A DNA stretch of 64,000 bases from Heterodontus francisci (GCF_036365525.1 NW_027142279.1:62001-126000), one strand, 5' to 3'. Shown: positions 12,809 to 25,884, numbered from the stretch's first letter. Notes: generated from the letters alone by a model not told the origin. Numbers and translations are program-made.

Positions 12809-13675
12809 CAATACTACAAGCGCAGAAATAGACAGCGGTGTGAGATGGAGCGGCGTCTCTCAGTGCCAAAGTAAACAGCGTATCGCTGGCTCTGACTGCC
12901 TTAAATGACTCGGACGTGTAATTGGTAACAGACCCTTCTGTAGCAGAATAGAACAGAGCTTCCAGTGCCCTGTCTGGTTGTTGTCTGTACCAGTACATAT
13001 AGGAATTGGCAGTATTGGTCAGCGTGCATCTCAGTGTTGTCGACTCTCCTGCTGCAATCGATAGGATCGAGGGTGACTGTTCCACATAGGAGGAGAGTAT
13101 TCCTGTGGAATGGAACATCGATTAGATTATTATTTCAGTCAATAGTGGATTGGAGCAGGGGCTGCATTGCAAGAAAGAAAGGGCTTACATTAATATAGCG
13201 CCGTTCAGGACCTCCGGACATCAGAAAGTGCTTTGCAACAAATGCAGTTACTCCATCAGTACTGCCTATTCGACAGTGCAGCAGTCCCTCAGTACTGCCT
13301 CTGCGACAGTGCAGCAGTCCCTCAGTACTGCCTCTGCGACAGTGCAGAACTCACTCTGTACTGCCTCTGCGACAGTGCAGCACTCCCTCAGTACTGCCTC
13401 TGTGACAGTGCAGCACTCCCTCAGTACTGCCTCTGTGAAAGTGCAGCACTCCCTCAGTACTGCCTCTGCGACAGTGCAGCACTCCCTCAGTCCTGACACG
13501 TGGTTTGTGAGCCTTGACTTTGAGCTCAAGTGTTCTGGAGTGAGACTCAGACACAGGAGTGTTCCGGACAGAATCACCCCTAACATTACAATACATTATT
13601 CGACTCTGTTTCTGACTTTGACTTACGTGGGAACAGGGCAGGCATCAAGATTAGACAGAGAACTTCGTGCAACAT
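12809..13675 (-). CDS. TRBV: TCR beta V segment V3 (family B, ends CACS; resembles mouse TRBV1): leader 13627-13675, V exon 12809-13102; open
   Basis: Leader MLHEVLCLILMPALFP; V exon SYVEQSPSILSIAAGESTTLRCTLTNTANSYMYWYRQQP...HTAVYFCACS. Confidence 0.9.
13250..13490. repeat. 33-bp tandem repeat in the V3 intron (paralogous copy 15530-15740; related array 30190-30370)
   Basis: Unit cagtactgcctctgcgacagtgcagcactccct. Confidence 0.9.
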
Positions 13676-15049
13676 GATTTCTTCATTCGATACTAACTCG
13701 ATGTGTGAACGTGTGGAGTTTTCAACAACACACTTGCAGGCGGTTTCTTTATTGTATCCAATCAAATACCCAGCATCCGGTTGTCATTGTGATTGGCAGT
13801 CACTTACTGTGACACTCTGCTCCACCCCATTACTTTACATAGCAATGTTGTAGAATGATACAACACAGGAGGATAGGGGGACATTGAATAGAGGTGTTCA
13901 CATTTCAGAAAGGGATTTGATAGAGTACAATTCAGGGAAGCAACCCTCTATACCCAGAGAGTGTGCCCATCCCTTATTGCCCCTGAGGAGGTGATGGTGA
14001 ACCATCTTCGGGAATACCTGCTGGGCCATATCAGAGGGCAGTTAACAGTCAACCTCATTGCTGTGGGTCTGCAGTCACATATAGGCCAGACCGGGTAAGA
14101 ATGGCAGATTTCCTTCCCTGAAGGTAATCAATGAAGACGTTGGGTTTTTAAGACACTCCATGTTCAGGATTACTCATACTTTCCATGACAAATTTTTATT
14201 TATTTAATTAATTGAATTTAAATTGCATTTCTGCCCCGGTGGGAATTGAACTCAAGTCTGGGGATCATTAGTCCAGGCCTCTGGATTACTAGCCCAGTAA
14301 CATAACTGCTCTGCTGCCGAACCTCCGTGGTGAATGGGAGTTAAATGGTTAAATTGTTCACTGGTCTGAACTGCTGGTTTCTTTGAAGAACAGATTAAAT
14401 GTGACTCGAGTCTGAGGTGAAAGTGGGTAAAGAGTTTTCAGCAGCTTCTGAACTCGCTGTCAGGAGGCAGGTGTCCCAGAGATGAAGTTATCTGGAGAGG
14501 GGTTTCGCCTTTGAACAGTGTGAAACAGCGCTCAGATGGTTCAGGGTTCTGAGCTGAGATAGTTTCTGTGCATTGGGGAGTTGTTCACCTCTGTGTAGTG
14601 AAGGTTAGAGGGAGATTAACAAGACTGGTACCAGGGATGAGGGACTTCAGTTACTGTGGAGAGACTGGAGAAGCTGGGGGTTTCTGCCCTCAGAGCAGAG
14701 AAGGTTAATGGCAGATGTGATACAGATATTGAAGATCATAGAGGATTTTGATAGATAATTGATGACTAACCACATCATCTACTGGTCAATATATAGAAAA
14801 TCTATGAAAAGATGGTCATTCATTACATTACTGCAGTCTGTTTAATTAGTTCTCACAAACTGTAATTACCTAACGATAGAGTTAGATAGATAGAGAGACA
14901 GAGATGGATAACCAGGTAAAGAGATAGATAGATAGAGAGACAGAGAGATGAACAATCAGGTGGACAGATAGATCTGAACAATCAGCTTCAATCTACTGCT
15001 GCCCCCTGCCAGTTGAAGATGAGCACTGAACTCCCGTTCATCCGCTGCA

Positions 15050-15088
15050 GGTTTTTGCAGCTGCGGATCCGCTTTCTCAAACACTGTG
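15050..15088 (-). other. 23-RSS of V4 (CACAGTG-23-GCAAAAACC)
   Basis: Heptamer 15082-15088, nonamer 15050-15058. Confidence 0.95.
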
Positions 15089-15922
15089 CGATACTACAAG
15101 CGCAGAAATAGACAGCGGTGTGAGATGGAGCGGCGTCTCTCAGTGCCAAAGTAAACAGTGTATTGCTGGCTCTGTCTGCCTTAAATGACTCGGATGTGTA
15201 ATTGGTGACAAACCCTGTTCCAGCAGAATAGAACAGAGCTTCCAGTGCCCTGTCCGGTTGTTACTGTACCAGTACATGAATGTATAGCCAGTATTCTTCA
15301 GCGTGCATCTGAGTGTTGTCGACTCTCCTGCGGAAATCGATAGGATGGAGGGTGACTGTTCCACATAGGAGGAGAGTATTCCTGTGGGGCGGAACATCGA
15401 TTAGATTATTATTTCAGTCAATAATGGATTGGAAGAGGGGCTGCATTGCAAGAAAGAGAGGGCTTACATTAATATATCGCCGTTCAGGACCTCAGGACAT
15501 CAGAAAGGGCTTTGCAACCAATGTAGTTACTCCCTCAGTACTGCCTCTGCGACAGTGCGGCACTCCCTCAGTACTGCCTCCGCAACAGTGCAGCACTCCC
15601 TCAGTACTGCCTCTGTGACAGTGCTGCACTCCCTCAGTACTGCCTCTGCGACAGTGCAGCACACCCTCAGTACTGCCTCTGCGACAGTGCAGCACACCCG
15701 CAGTACTGCCTCTGCGACAGTCCAGCACTCCCTCAGCCCTGACACCTGGGGTGTTAGTTTTGACTTTGAGCTCAAGTGTTCTGGAGTGAGACTCTGACAC
15801 AGCAGTGTTATGGAACAGAATCACCGCTGACATTACAATACATTATTCGACACAGTTTCTGACTTTGACTTACGTGGGAAGAGTGCAGCCATCAAGATTA
15901 GACAGAGAACCTCATGCAACAT
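15089..15922 (-). pseudogene. TRBV: TCR beta V pseudogene V4 (family B): leader 15874-15922, V exon 15089-15381 with 1-bp frameshift just after WY
   Basis: V3 TGG TAC AGA CAA CAA vs V4 TGG TAC AGT AAC AAC; exon 293 vs 294 nt; downstream frame still reads LFYSAGTGFV...AVYFCACS. Confidence 0.85.
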
Positions 15923-17505
15923 GATTTCTTCATTCGATACTAACTCGATGTGTGAACGTGTGAAGTTTTCAACAACGCACTTGCAGGCGGTTTCTATATT
16001 GTATCCAATTAAATACCCAGCATCCGGTTGTCATTGTGATTGGCAGTCACTTACTGTGACACTCTGCTGCACCCCATTACTTTACATAGCAATGTTGTAG
16101 AATGATACAACACAGGAGGATAGGGGGAGATTGAATAGAGGTGTTCACATTTCAGGAAGGGATTCGATAGAGTAGAATTCAGGGAAACAACCCTCTGTAC
16201 CTGGAGAGTGTGCCCATCCCTTATTGCCCTTGAGTTGGTGGTGGTGAACCATCTTCGGGAATGCCTGCAGGGCAGTTAATAGTCAACAACATTGCTGTTG
16301 GTCTGGAGGCACATATAGGCCAGACCGTGTAAGAACGGCATATTTCACTATGTTCACTATGGAGAAGGATGATGTAGGTGTAGATATCAGGGAGGGGGGT
16401 TGTGATATACTTGAACATATTAGCTTTTAAAGGGAGGAGTATTAGCTGTTTTAGCAGTCTTAAAAGTGGATAAGACCGCAGCCCGGATGAGACATATCCC
16501 AGGCTGTTATGTGAGGCAAGGGAGGAGATTTCAGGGCCTCTGACACAAATTTTCAATTCTCTCTGGCCACAGGAGTGGTCTCAGAGGACTGGAGGACAGC
16601 GAATGTTGTACCATTATTCAAGAAGGACACTTGTGCTCTTCTGAACTCGCTGTCAGGAGGCAGGTGTCCCAGAGATGAAGTTATCTGGAGAGGGATCTCG
16701 CCTTTCAACAGTGTGAAACAGCGCTCAGATGGTTAAGGGTTCCGAGCTGAGTTAGTTCCTGTTCATTGGGGGGTTGTTCGCCTCTGTGTAGTGAAGGTTA
16801 GAGGGAGATTAACAAGACTGGTACCAGGGATGAGGGAGCTCAATTACTGTGGAGAGACTGGAGAAGCTGGGGGTTTCTCTCCTGAGAGCAGAGAAGGTTA
16901 ATGGTAGATGTGATACAGATATTGAAGATGATAAAAGATTTTGATAGATAATTGATGACAAACCACATCATCTACTGGTCAATGTATAGAAAATCCCGGA
17001 AAAGATGGTCATTCATTATATTGGTGCAGCATGTTTAATTAGTTCATACAAAGTGTAATCACCCAAAGATAGAGTTGGATAGATAGAGAGACAGAGAGAT
17101 AGATCACCAGGGAGAGAGATAGATTGATATCGAGAGAGGTAGAGAAATAGAGAGTTGGAGGGAAAGTCAGACAGGTAGAGAAATAGCGAGCTGCATGGAG
17201 AGACAGTCACTGCTCCTGTAAAAGACAGGAATGTTAATTCGCATTCTACCATTTTACGCCAGCTTTGCAGCCAGTGGTAGAGTGGGGAATAGAGAGAGGG
17301 AGCGAGAGAGATGGAGAGAGTGGGATGGAGAGAGAGGGATGGAGACAGAGGGATGGTTAGAGAGGAATGGAGACAGAGGGATGGAGAGAGGGAGCGACAG
17401 AAAGTTATTGATAAGTCATGAACTCATTGAAGGGCGGAGTGTTTTCGAGGTGATGAATGTTCTCCTTGTGTTCCCAGGTCACTGTTAAAGTGTGTTCCAG
17501 ACTCT

Positions 17506-17652
17506 GATGGAGAGAGGAGGAGATCAGTAAACAGGGAACTTCTGGGAATGAAAGGGAGACAGGGAGAGTAAAGGAAAGTTATTAACGATAATCTTTGTAT
17601 TTCACACTCACTTACAATGAAACAGGATTATCAGAACCAGTAACTGATGCAT
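17506..17652 (-). pseudogene. Orphan V leader exon (17616-17652, MHQLLVLIILFH) plus intron; V exon and RSS absent
   Basis: Near-identical to V8 intron/leader 26230-26375; homology stops just before the splice acceptor. Confidence 0.8.
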
Positions 17653-18748
17653 CTTTCACATCGACCTGTTCCCTTAATAGACACAGGAGTGAGATCAGGA
17701 GCTTCGAGTCTTGTGAGGGTCCAAATTCACTCTTTACAAATCATTGGGAGCAACATGAAGAACGTCAGGAAGTGATACAATGTTGGAGACGCCCATTCCC
17801 CAGGTCAACAAATAACAATCGAATTCGTTGCCAATCTCCTTCTCTCTCTCCATATATATATATATATATATATATATACGTATATCTTTTTACCTTCAGC
17901 TCTTTTGCTCTCTCTTCCTGTGTCTGTCACCTCATGTGTCAAGGGTTCTGTCTTCCACTCTCTCCTACTCTCTCTCGCTATCTCAGTCTATTTTTACTCT
18001 CTTTCTCTCTCTGTCTTTCTCTCTCTCTCATCGTGTATCCAGGGTTCTGTCTCCCACTCTCTCCTTCTTTCTGACTCTCCCTTTCTCTTACTCTCGCTTT
18101 CTCTTTAGTTCTTTCCCTGTCTTTGTCTCTCTCTAGATCTATCTCCCTAGATGTCGCAGGCTCTTTGTCTCAGTCTCTCTTTCTCTCCTTCTCTCTCTCA
18201 GTGTCGCACTCTCTCTCTCTCTCTTGCTGTCTCGCTGTCTTTGCCTCGATTTCTGTCTCCCTCTCTATCTCAGTCTCTTTAACTCTATCTGTCGTTTTCT
18301 CTCTCTCTCACCAGATCTCTCTGTCACACACATACACGCTCTTTCTCTCTCTATCGAAGTAGGTGTCCTTGTCCTGTTGATGTGTATCAAGCTGGATCTA
18401 CATGGATCTCCTGCTCTTTCAGTTTTCTCACTGAATCCTTCTCAAAGCCATTGTCCGTTCCATGGTCCTGGATCCCCCTCTGCTGTCCCTGTGGAGAAGG
18501 TAAACACAGGGTCAGTGCATAAAAACCCAGATTATTGTCATTGATTCCTGATAGTTACATTCTGAGATCTCGTGACATCTTTATTAATCGTTCATTGCAC
18601 CCTCGGCAGTACCTGTAAATCTAGTGTGTCACTACAACCATAACTCAACTCTTTTTATTGTAACAAACACTTTCACTCTGCATAAGGGAACAGGAGGTCG
18701 AGGCACCGAACGATATTATCCTCCACAGGTGTTTCCTGCTGCCTTTGG

Positions 18749-18787
18749 GGTTTTTGTTGAACTGCTCCATCTCTCTGAGTCACTGTG
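18749..18787 (-). other. 23-RSS of V5 (consensus CACAGTG-23-ACAAAAACC)
   Basis: Heptamer 18781-18787, nonamer 18749-18757. Confidence 0.95.
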
Positions 18788-19309
18788 AAGACTCCAGGCA
18801 CAGACATACACGGCCGAGTGATTCTCCTACAGGCTGGAGGACTCCAGGTTGAACTTGGAGTTACTCGGTCTCTCGGCAGTGAAACTCTCCACCTAACGTT
18901 CTGAGTTCACCCTTTGTGCAGTTAGGGAGTAAAACATCAGCTGCGGCTCCTTCCCCGAGTATTGTCTGTACCAGTACATGTAAGGGTTGCTGGTACCATC
19001 CACGGTGCATTTCAGCTTCACCTGCTCCCCAGAAAAGTTGGCGACAGTGGCGGGAGTCTGGTTTATAGTCTGTGAGTTCACATCTCGGAAAGAGACAGGG
19101 AGAGGAGGAGATCAGTAAACAGACAACTTCAGTCCAGTGGGGAGAAAGAGGAGAGAGAGAGAAAATCAGTCCAGGAGGGAGAGAGAAAGAGAGAGAAGGA
19201 GAGAACGAAATAAATAAAAACATATCCTAAAGAAATGTTAAGCGGAATTATTGTTTCAATAAAATCCCTTACGGTGAAACAGGGTGATCAGAGTCTGTAA
19301 CAGATACAT
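18788..19309 (-). pseudogene. TRBV: TCR beta V pseudogene V5 (family C, TRBV30-like): leader 19273-19309, V exon 18788-19083
   Basis: VNSQTINQTPATV...KCTVDGTSNPYMYWYRQ; in-frame TAG at 18893-18895 and 18827-18829; 2-bp deletion before the second Cys. Confidence 0.88.
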
Positions 19310-19383
19310 CTTTTCCTTTAAGCTGCCCTCTGAATCTGCAAAGGGGAGAGAGCAGGAATGATGAGTGTTGTTAATAACCAACC

Positions 19384-19432
19384 CACTCTTTACAAATCAT
19401 TGGGAGGAACAGGGAGAGCATTAGGAAGTGAT
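19384..19432 (-). promoter_or_regulatory. Conserved family-C V promoter block (ACTTCCT ETS-like, CCAAT, TTTGTAAA); also at ~17728, 21530, 24435, 26451
   Basis: Same ~50-bp block ~75-125 bp upstream of each family-C leader ATG; function inferred from position. Confidence 0.5.
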
Positions 19433-19476
19433 CAACTCATCAACAAATGAGAATCGAGTTGGTTGCCAATGTCCCA

Positions 19477-19518
<42 letters not shown>

Positions 19519-20539
19519 GTCTCTTACCTGCGCTGTTTCTTTCTTTCGCTCTGTCTCTGTCTCTCATTCTCTACCTCCCTATAGGTTTCAGTCTCTTTAT
19601 CTCAGTCTCTCTCTCTCGCACACACACTAGGTCTCTCTCTCTCTCAGTCTCTCTCTTTGTCTCTCCCTCTATCTCTCTTTCTCTCTAAGGAGGTGGGTGT
19701 CCTTCTCCTGGTCATGTATATCAACCTGGAGGACTGTATGATCTCCCACTGTTTGAGTTATCCTATGAACTCCTTCTCAAAGCCATTGTGCATCACATGG
19801 TCCTCGAGCGTCCTCAGCTATCCCTGTGGTGAAAATATACACAGTGTCAGTCTATAACAGCCCCACTCCTTTCATTGTTATTCTTCCCTGACAGTTACTA
19901 TCCTGAGATCACGGATATTCTAATTCAATGAGCTGGAAGATGAATGGGCACGAATACAAAGCTGTGCGTGTGTGTGTGTGTTTTTCACTCGCTCTGTCTT
20001 TAGTTCACTGTCCCTCTCTGTTTTACTGCTCTTTGTCTTTCTGTCCCTCTCTCTTTCTTTGTGTGTGTGTGTGTGTGTGTGTGTGTCTGTCTGTCTGTCT
20101 GCCAATATGTCTCAGTCTCTTCATCTGTGTTTTCTTTTTTTTCTCTCAGTCTCTGTCGCTCGGTCTTTCTTGTTTTCTCTCTCAGTTCTCTGGATCTTTG
20201 TTCTCTCTTTCTATCGCTCTCGCTCTCTCTCAACCTTTCTTGGTCCCTTTCTCTGTCCTCCTCTCTGTCACCGTCTCTGTCTCCCTCTCTGTCCTCTTCT
20301 CTGTTTCAGTTTCTTGGTCTCATTCTCTCAGTATCATTCTCTCTTTCTCTCAGACTTTTTCTCTCAGTCTCTCTGTCTCAGTCTCTCTGTTCCCCTCTCT
20401 GTCTCAGTCTCTCTGTCTCAGTCTCTCTTTTTCAGTCTGTTGTCTCTGTCAGTTTTCCTCTAAATCTCGTTCTGACCCTCTCTCACACTCGGTCTCCCTC
20501 TCTTTGTCTCTCTCACTGTGTGTGTGTATCCCTCTCTAA

Positions 20540-20780
20540 GGTGATGAATGTCCTTCTCCTGTCCATGTGTATGAAGCTGGAGGGCTGGATGACCTCTGCC
20601 TCTTTCTGTTTTCCTATTAAATGTTTTGCAGGCCATTGTGTATTCATGGTCCTGGAGCACCCTCCGTTAACAATATAGAGGAAGAAAACTCAGTGTCAGT
20701 GCAGTAAAACTCAGTCGTTTTATAGTTAATTCTTCCTGATAGTTACAACCTCAGATCTGGTGTTATTCTTGTTAATTGTT
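20540..20780. repeat. ~250-bp local repeat between family-C V genes (copies near 18357, 19690, 20540, 23408, 24730, 25490, 26877)
   Basis: Recurring gtcctt(c/g)tcctg...atgtgtat(g/c)aagctgg...gtcagtgca...cctgatagttaca...agatc. Confidence 0.75.
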
Positions 20781-20934
20781 CTTTGCGCATTCTCCATTAC
20801 CTGTATATCTAATCTCTCACTACCACTCAAACCCATCTCTTCTTGTTATCATAAACACTTTCTCTCTGCAAAACGAAAGAAGTTCGAGGCTCCGAGCTGT
20901 TTTATCCTCCACAGGTGTTTCCTGCTGCCTTTGG

Positions 20935-20973
20935 TGTTGTTGTTGAACTTCTCCATCTCTCTGAGTCACTGTG
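20935..20973 (-). other. 23-RSS of V6 (CACAGTG-23-ACAACAACA, degenerate nonamer)
   Basis: Heptamer 20967-20973, nonamer 20935-20943. Confidence 0.85.
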
Positions 20974-21455
20974 AAGACTCCAGGCACAGAAATACACGGC
21001 CCAGTGATTCTCCCGGAGGCTGGAGGACTCCAGGTTGAAGTCGGAGTTGCTCGGTCTCTCGGCGGTGAAACCCTCCAACGCCTCCTCCGGATTTATGTGA
21101 TTAGTATCCGTGGAATAAAACATAAACTAGTCTCCTTCCCCGGGTATTGTCTGTACCAGAACATCTCAGGGTTACTGCTGCCCTGCACAGTGCATTTCAG
21201 CTTCACCTTCTCCCCAGAATATTTGGAGACAGCGGCGGGAGTCTGGTGGATAGTCTGTGAGTTCACATCTGGGAAAGAGACAGGGAGAGGAGGAGATCAA
21301 TAAACAGGAACATTCAGTCAGTGGGGGAGAGAGAAAGAGAGAAAGAGAGAGAGAAATAAATAAAAACATAACCTCCAGAAATGTGAAGTAGAATTATTGT
21401 TTCAATGAAGTCCCTTACGGTGAATCAGAGTGATCAGAGTCAGTAACAGATACAT
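20974..21455 (-). pseudogene. TRBV: TCR beta V pseudogene V6 (family C): leader 21419-21455, V exon 20974-21268, 1-bp deletion in FR2
   Basis: VNSQTIHQTPAAVSKYSGEKVKLKCTVQGSSNPEMFWYRQYPGKE, then frameshift (GAG ACTAG TTT ATG); 3' frame MFYSTDTNH...AVYFCAWS. Confidence 0.85.
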
Positions 21456-21625
21456 CTTTTACTTTAAATTGCCCTCTGAATCAGCAAAGGGGAGGGAGCA
21501 GGAGTGATTAGTGTTGTCAACAACCAACCCACTCTTTACAAATCATTGGGAGGAACAGGGAGAGCGTTAGGAAGTGATGCAGAGATGGTGACATTCATTT
21601 CCCACATCAACAAATGAGAATCGAG

Positions 21626-21789
21626 NNNNNNNNNNNNNNNNNNNNNNNNNNNNNNNNNNNNNNNNNNNNNNNNNNNNNNNNNNNNNNNNNNNNNNNNNNN
21701 NNNNNNNNNNNNNNNNNNNNNNNNNNNNNNNNNNNNNNNNNNNNNNNNNNNNNNNNNNNNNNNNNNNNNNNNNNNNNNNNNNNNNNNNN
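21626..21789. other. Assembly gap (N run)
   Basis: Run of N. Confidence 1.
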
Positions 21790-22452
21790 CAATCTCTCTC
21801 TCTCAATCTCTTTGTGTCAACCTCTCTGTCTCTGACTCTTTGTTTCAGTCTCTCTCTTTCTCAGTCTCTCTGTCTCAGTCTCTTTGTCTCAGTCTCTCTC
21901 TCAGTCTCTCTCTCTCTCTCATTATCTCTCTCTCAGTCTCCCTCTCACAGACTCTCCCTCTCTCAGACTCTCTGTCTCAGTCTCTTTGTCTGAGTCTCTC
22001 TGTCTCAGAGTCTCTGTCTCAGTCTCTCTCTCATAGTCTCTCTCTCACAGTCTCTTTGACTCAGTCTTTTTGTCTCAGTCTCCCTCTCTCTCTCTCAGTA
22101 TCTCTCTCTCAGTCTCTTTGTCTCAGTCTCTCTCTCTCAGTCTCTCTCTCTCTCTCTCAAGTCTCTCTCTCAGTCTCTCTCTCAGTCTCTCTCTCACAGT
22201 CTCTTCGTCTCAATCTCTCTGTCTCAATCTCTTTGTGTCAGCCTCTCCATCTCTGACTCTTTGTCTCAGTCTCTCTCTCACTCAGTCTCTCTGACTCAGT
22301 CTCTCTCTTTCAGTCTCCCTCTCTCCTTTTCTCAGAGTCTCTGTCTCAGTCTCTCTCTTTCAGTCTCCCATTCTCCTTCTCTCAGACTCTCTGTCTCAGT
22401 CTCTTTGTCCCAGGCTCTCTTGCACAGTTTCTTTTTCTCAGTCTCTTTGTCT

Positions 22453-22487
<35 letters not shown>

Positions 22488-23196
22488 CTCTCTCTCAGTC
22501 TCTCTCTCACAGTCTCTTCGTCTCAATCTCTCTGTCTCAATCTCTTTGTGTCAGCCTCTCCATCTCTGACTCTTTGTCTCAGTCTCTCTCTCTCTCAGCC
22601 TCTCTGTCTCAGTCTCTCTCTTTCAGTCTCCCTCTCTCCTTTTCTCAGAGTCTCTGTCTCAGTCTCTCTCTTTCAGTCTCCCATTCTCCTTCTCTCAGAC
22701 TCTCTGTCTCAGTCTCTTTGTCCCAGGCTCTCTTGCACAGTTTCTTTTTCTCAGTCTCTTTGTCTCAGTCTCTCTCTCTCAGTATCTCTCTCTCAGTCTC
22801 TTTGTCTCATTCTCTTTGTCATGCTCTTTGTCTCAGTCTCTCTCTCTCTCAGCCTCTCTCTCTCAGTCTCTCTCTCTCTCAGTCTCTCTCTCTCAGTCTC
22901 TCTGTCTCAGTCTCTCTCTGTCTCAGTCTCTCTCTCTCAGTCTCTCTGTCTCAGTCTCTCTCTGTCTCAGTCTCAGTCTCTCTCTCTCTCAGCCTCTCTC
23001 TCTCTCAGTCTCTTTGTGTCAGTCTCTCACTCTCAGTCTCTCTCTCTCTCTGTCTCTCTCTGTCTCTCAGTCAGACTCTCACTCCCTATCTCTCAGTCTC
23101 TCTCGCTCTCAGTCTCTCTCTCTCGGTCTCTCTGTTTCAGTCTCTCTCTGTCTCAGTCTCTCACTCTCAGTCTCTCTCTCTGTCTCTCTGTCTCAG

Positions 23197-23229
<33 letters not shown>

Positions 23230-23400
23230 GTCAGACACTCTCTCCCTCTCAGTCTCTATCTCTCAGTCTCTCTCACTCTCAGTCTCTCTGTCTCAGTCTC
23301 TTTATCTCTGTCAGTTTTCCTCTCAATCTCGTTCTCACCCTCTCTCTCACACTCGCTCTCTCTCTATCTTTGTCTCTCCCGCTATCTGTGTGTATATCCG
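21790..23400. repeat. CT/ctcagt-rich simple repeat tract
   Basis: (CT)n interspersed with ctcagt; source of the Leu/Ser ORFs. Confidence 0.95.
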
Positions 23401-23840
23401 TCTCTAAGGTGATGAATGTCTTTCTCCTGTCCACGTGGATGAAGCTCGACCACTGTATGATCTCTGCCTCTTTCTGTTTTCCTATTAAATGCTTTCTCGT
23501 CCATTGTGTATTCATGGTCCTAGAGCACCCTCTGTTAACCCTATAGAGGAGGAAAACTCAATGTCAGTGCAGAAAAACTCAAGTCGTTTTATTGTTAATC
23601 TTTCCTGATCGTTACAACCTCAGATCTGGTGTTATCCTTGTTAATCATTCAGAGAGAGATAGAAAGTTTTACCGCACAGGTGAGTCCGTTCATTGTCACT
23701 TCGTCAGTGCCTGTACATTTATTATCTCACTTTTATTCTCATTTGTCTTCTTATCGTCACAAACACAATCGCCCTGCACAAAAAAAAAGCGGGAACACCG
23801 TGCAATTTTATCTCCCAGAGGTGTTTCCTGCTGCCTTTGG

Positions 23841-23879
23841 GGTTTTTGTTGAACTGCTCCATCTCTCTGAGTCACTGTG
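23841..23879 (-). other. 23-RSS of V7 (consensus CACAGTG-23-ACAAAAACC)
   Basis: Heptamer 23873-23879, nonamer 23841-23849. Confidence 0.95.
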
Positions 23880-24360
23880 AAGAATCCAGGCACAGAAATA
23901 CACGGCCGAGTGATCCTCCCGCAGGCTGGAGGTCTCCAGGTTGAACTCGGAGTTACTCGGTCTCTCGGTGGTGAAACCATCCCCCGCCTCCTCTGGAGAT
24001 ACGATATTGGCACCCGTGGAGTAAAACATAAACTGCGGTTCCTTCCCCGGGTATTGTCAGTACCAGAACATGTTAGGGTTACTGGTGCTGCTGCCCAGCA
24101 CGGTGCATTTCAGCTTCACCTGCTCCCCAGGAATTTTGGAGACAGTGGTGGGAGTCTGGCGGATAGTCTGTGAGTTCACATCTGGGAAAGAGACAGGGAG
24201 AGGAGGAGATCAGTAAACAGGAACATTCAGTCCAGTGGGGAGAGAGAAAGAGAGAGATAAATAAATAAAAGCATAACCAAAAGAAATGTTAAGTGGACTT
24301 ATTGTTTCAATAAAATCCCTTACGGTGAAACAGGGTGATCAGAGTCAGTAACAGATACAT
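23880..24360 (-). pseudogene. TRBV: TCR beta V pseudogene V7 (family C): leader 24324-24360, V exon 23880-24181, single nonsense codon
   Basis: ...KCTVLGSSTSNPNMFWY*QYPGKEPQFMFY...DHSAVYFCAWI; TGA at 24057-24059 is the only lesion. Confidence 0.87.
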
Positions 24361-25094
24361 CTTTTACTTTAAGCTGCCCTCTGAATCAGCAAAGGGGAGA
24401 AAGCAGGATTCATGAGTGTTGTCAATAACCAACCCACTCTTTACAAATCATTGGGAGGAACAGGGAGAGCATTAGGAAGTGATGCAGAGATGGTGACACT
24501 TATTTTCAAGATCAACAAATGAGAATCGAGTTGGTTGTCAATGTTCCACTTTCTCTCTCTCTCTCTCCCTTTCTCTAACTTGTGCTGTGTTTTTCTCTCT
24601 GTCTCTGTCTCTCATTCTCTGCCTCCCTGTATGTCTCAGTCTCTTTATCTCGATCTCTCTCTCACAGATACAAACACACAAGGTCCCTTTCTCTCTTTGT
24701 CTCTCTCGCTGTGTGTCTCTCTCTCGAAGGAGGTGGGTGTCCTTCTCCTGGTCATGCATATCAACCTGGAGGACTGTATGATCTCTCACTGTTTCAGTTT
24801 TCCTATGAACTCCTTCTCAATGCCATTGTGCATCACATGGTCCTCGAGCGTCCTCAGCTGTCCCTGTGGTGAACATATACACAGTGTCAGTCTATAACAG
24901 CCCCAGTCCTTTTATTGTTATTCTTTCCTGACAGTTACTATCCTGAGATCACGGGATATTCTGATTCAATGAGCTGCAAGATGAATGGGCACGGATACAA
25001 AGCTGTGCATGTGTGTGTGTGTGTTTTTCACTCGCTCTGTCTTTAGTTCACTGTCCCTGTCTGTTTTACTGCTCTCTGTCTTTCTGTCCCTCTC

Positions 25095-25161
<67 letters not shown>

Positions 25162-25884
25162 TTCTCCCAATCTGTCTCAGTCTCTTGATCCATGTTTCCT
25201 TTTTTTTCTCTCACTCGGTCTCTCGGTCTTTCTTGTTTTCTCTGTCGCTCTCTCGACCTTTCTTGATCCTCGTCTCCCTCCTCCTCTCTGCCACCCTCTC
25301 TGACCTCCTCTATGTCACCCTCTGTCCTCCTTTCTGTCCTCCTCTCTGTCCTCTTCTCTCTTTCCTCTCTCTGTCTCTGTCTCTCTGTCTCTGTCAGTTT
25401 TCCTCTCAATCTTGTTCTCTCCCTCTCTCACACATTCGGTCTCCCTCTCTTTGTCTCTCTCACTGTGTGTGTGTATATCCCTCTCTAATGTGATGAATGT
25501 CCTTCTCCTGTCCATGTGTATGAAGCCTGAGGGTTGTATGACCTCTGCCTCTTTCTGTTTTCCTATTAAATGTTTTACAGACCATTGCATATTCATGGTC
25601 CGAGAGCACCCTCTGTTAATCATATAGAGGAAGAAAACTCAGTGTCAGTGCAGTAAAACTCAAGTCGTTTTATAGTTAATTCTTCCTGATAGTTACAACC
25701 TCAGATCTGGTGTTATCCTTGTTAATTGTTCTTTACACATTCTCCACTATCTGTATATCTAATCTCTCACTCCCACTCTAACCCATCTCTTCGTGTTATC
25801 ATAAACACTTTCGCTCTGCAAAACGAAACAAGTTCGAGGCTCCGAGCAGTTTTATCCTCCACAGATTCTTCCTGCTGCCTTTGG

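Noticed and set aside
19839-19870. Plus-strand CACAGTG in the 250-bp local repeat as a 12-RSS or D segment
   Set aside because: No nonamer at 12 or 23 bp; in other copies the heptamer-like and nonamer-like words are only ~7 bp apart.
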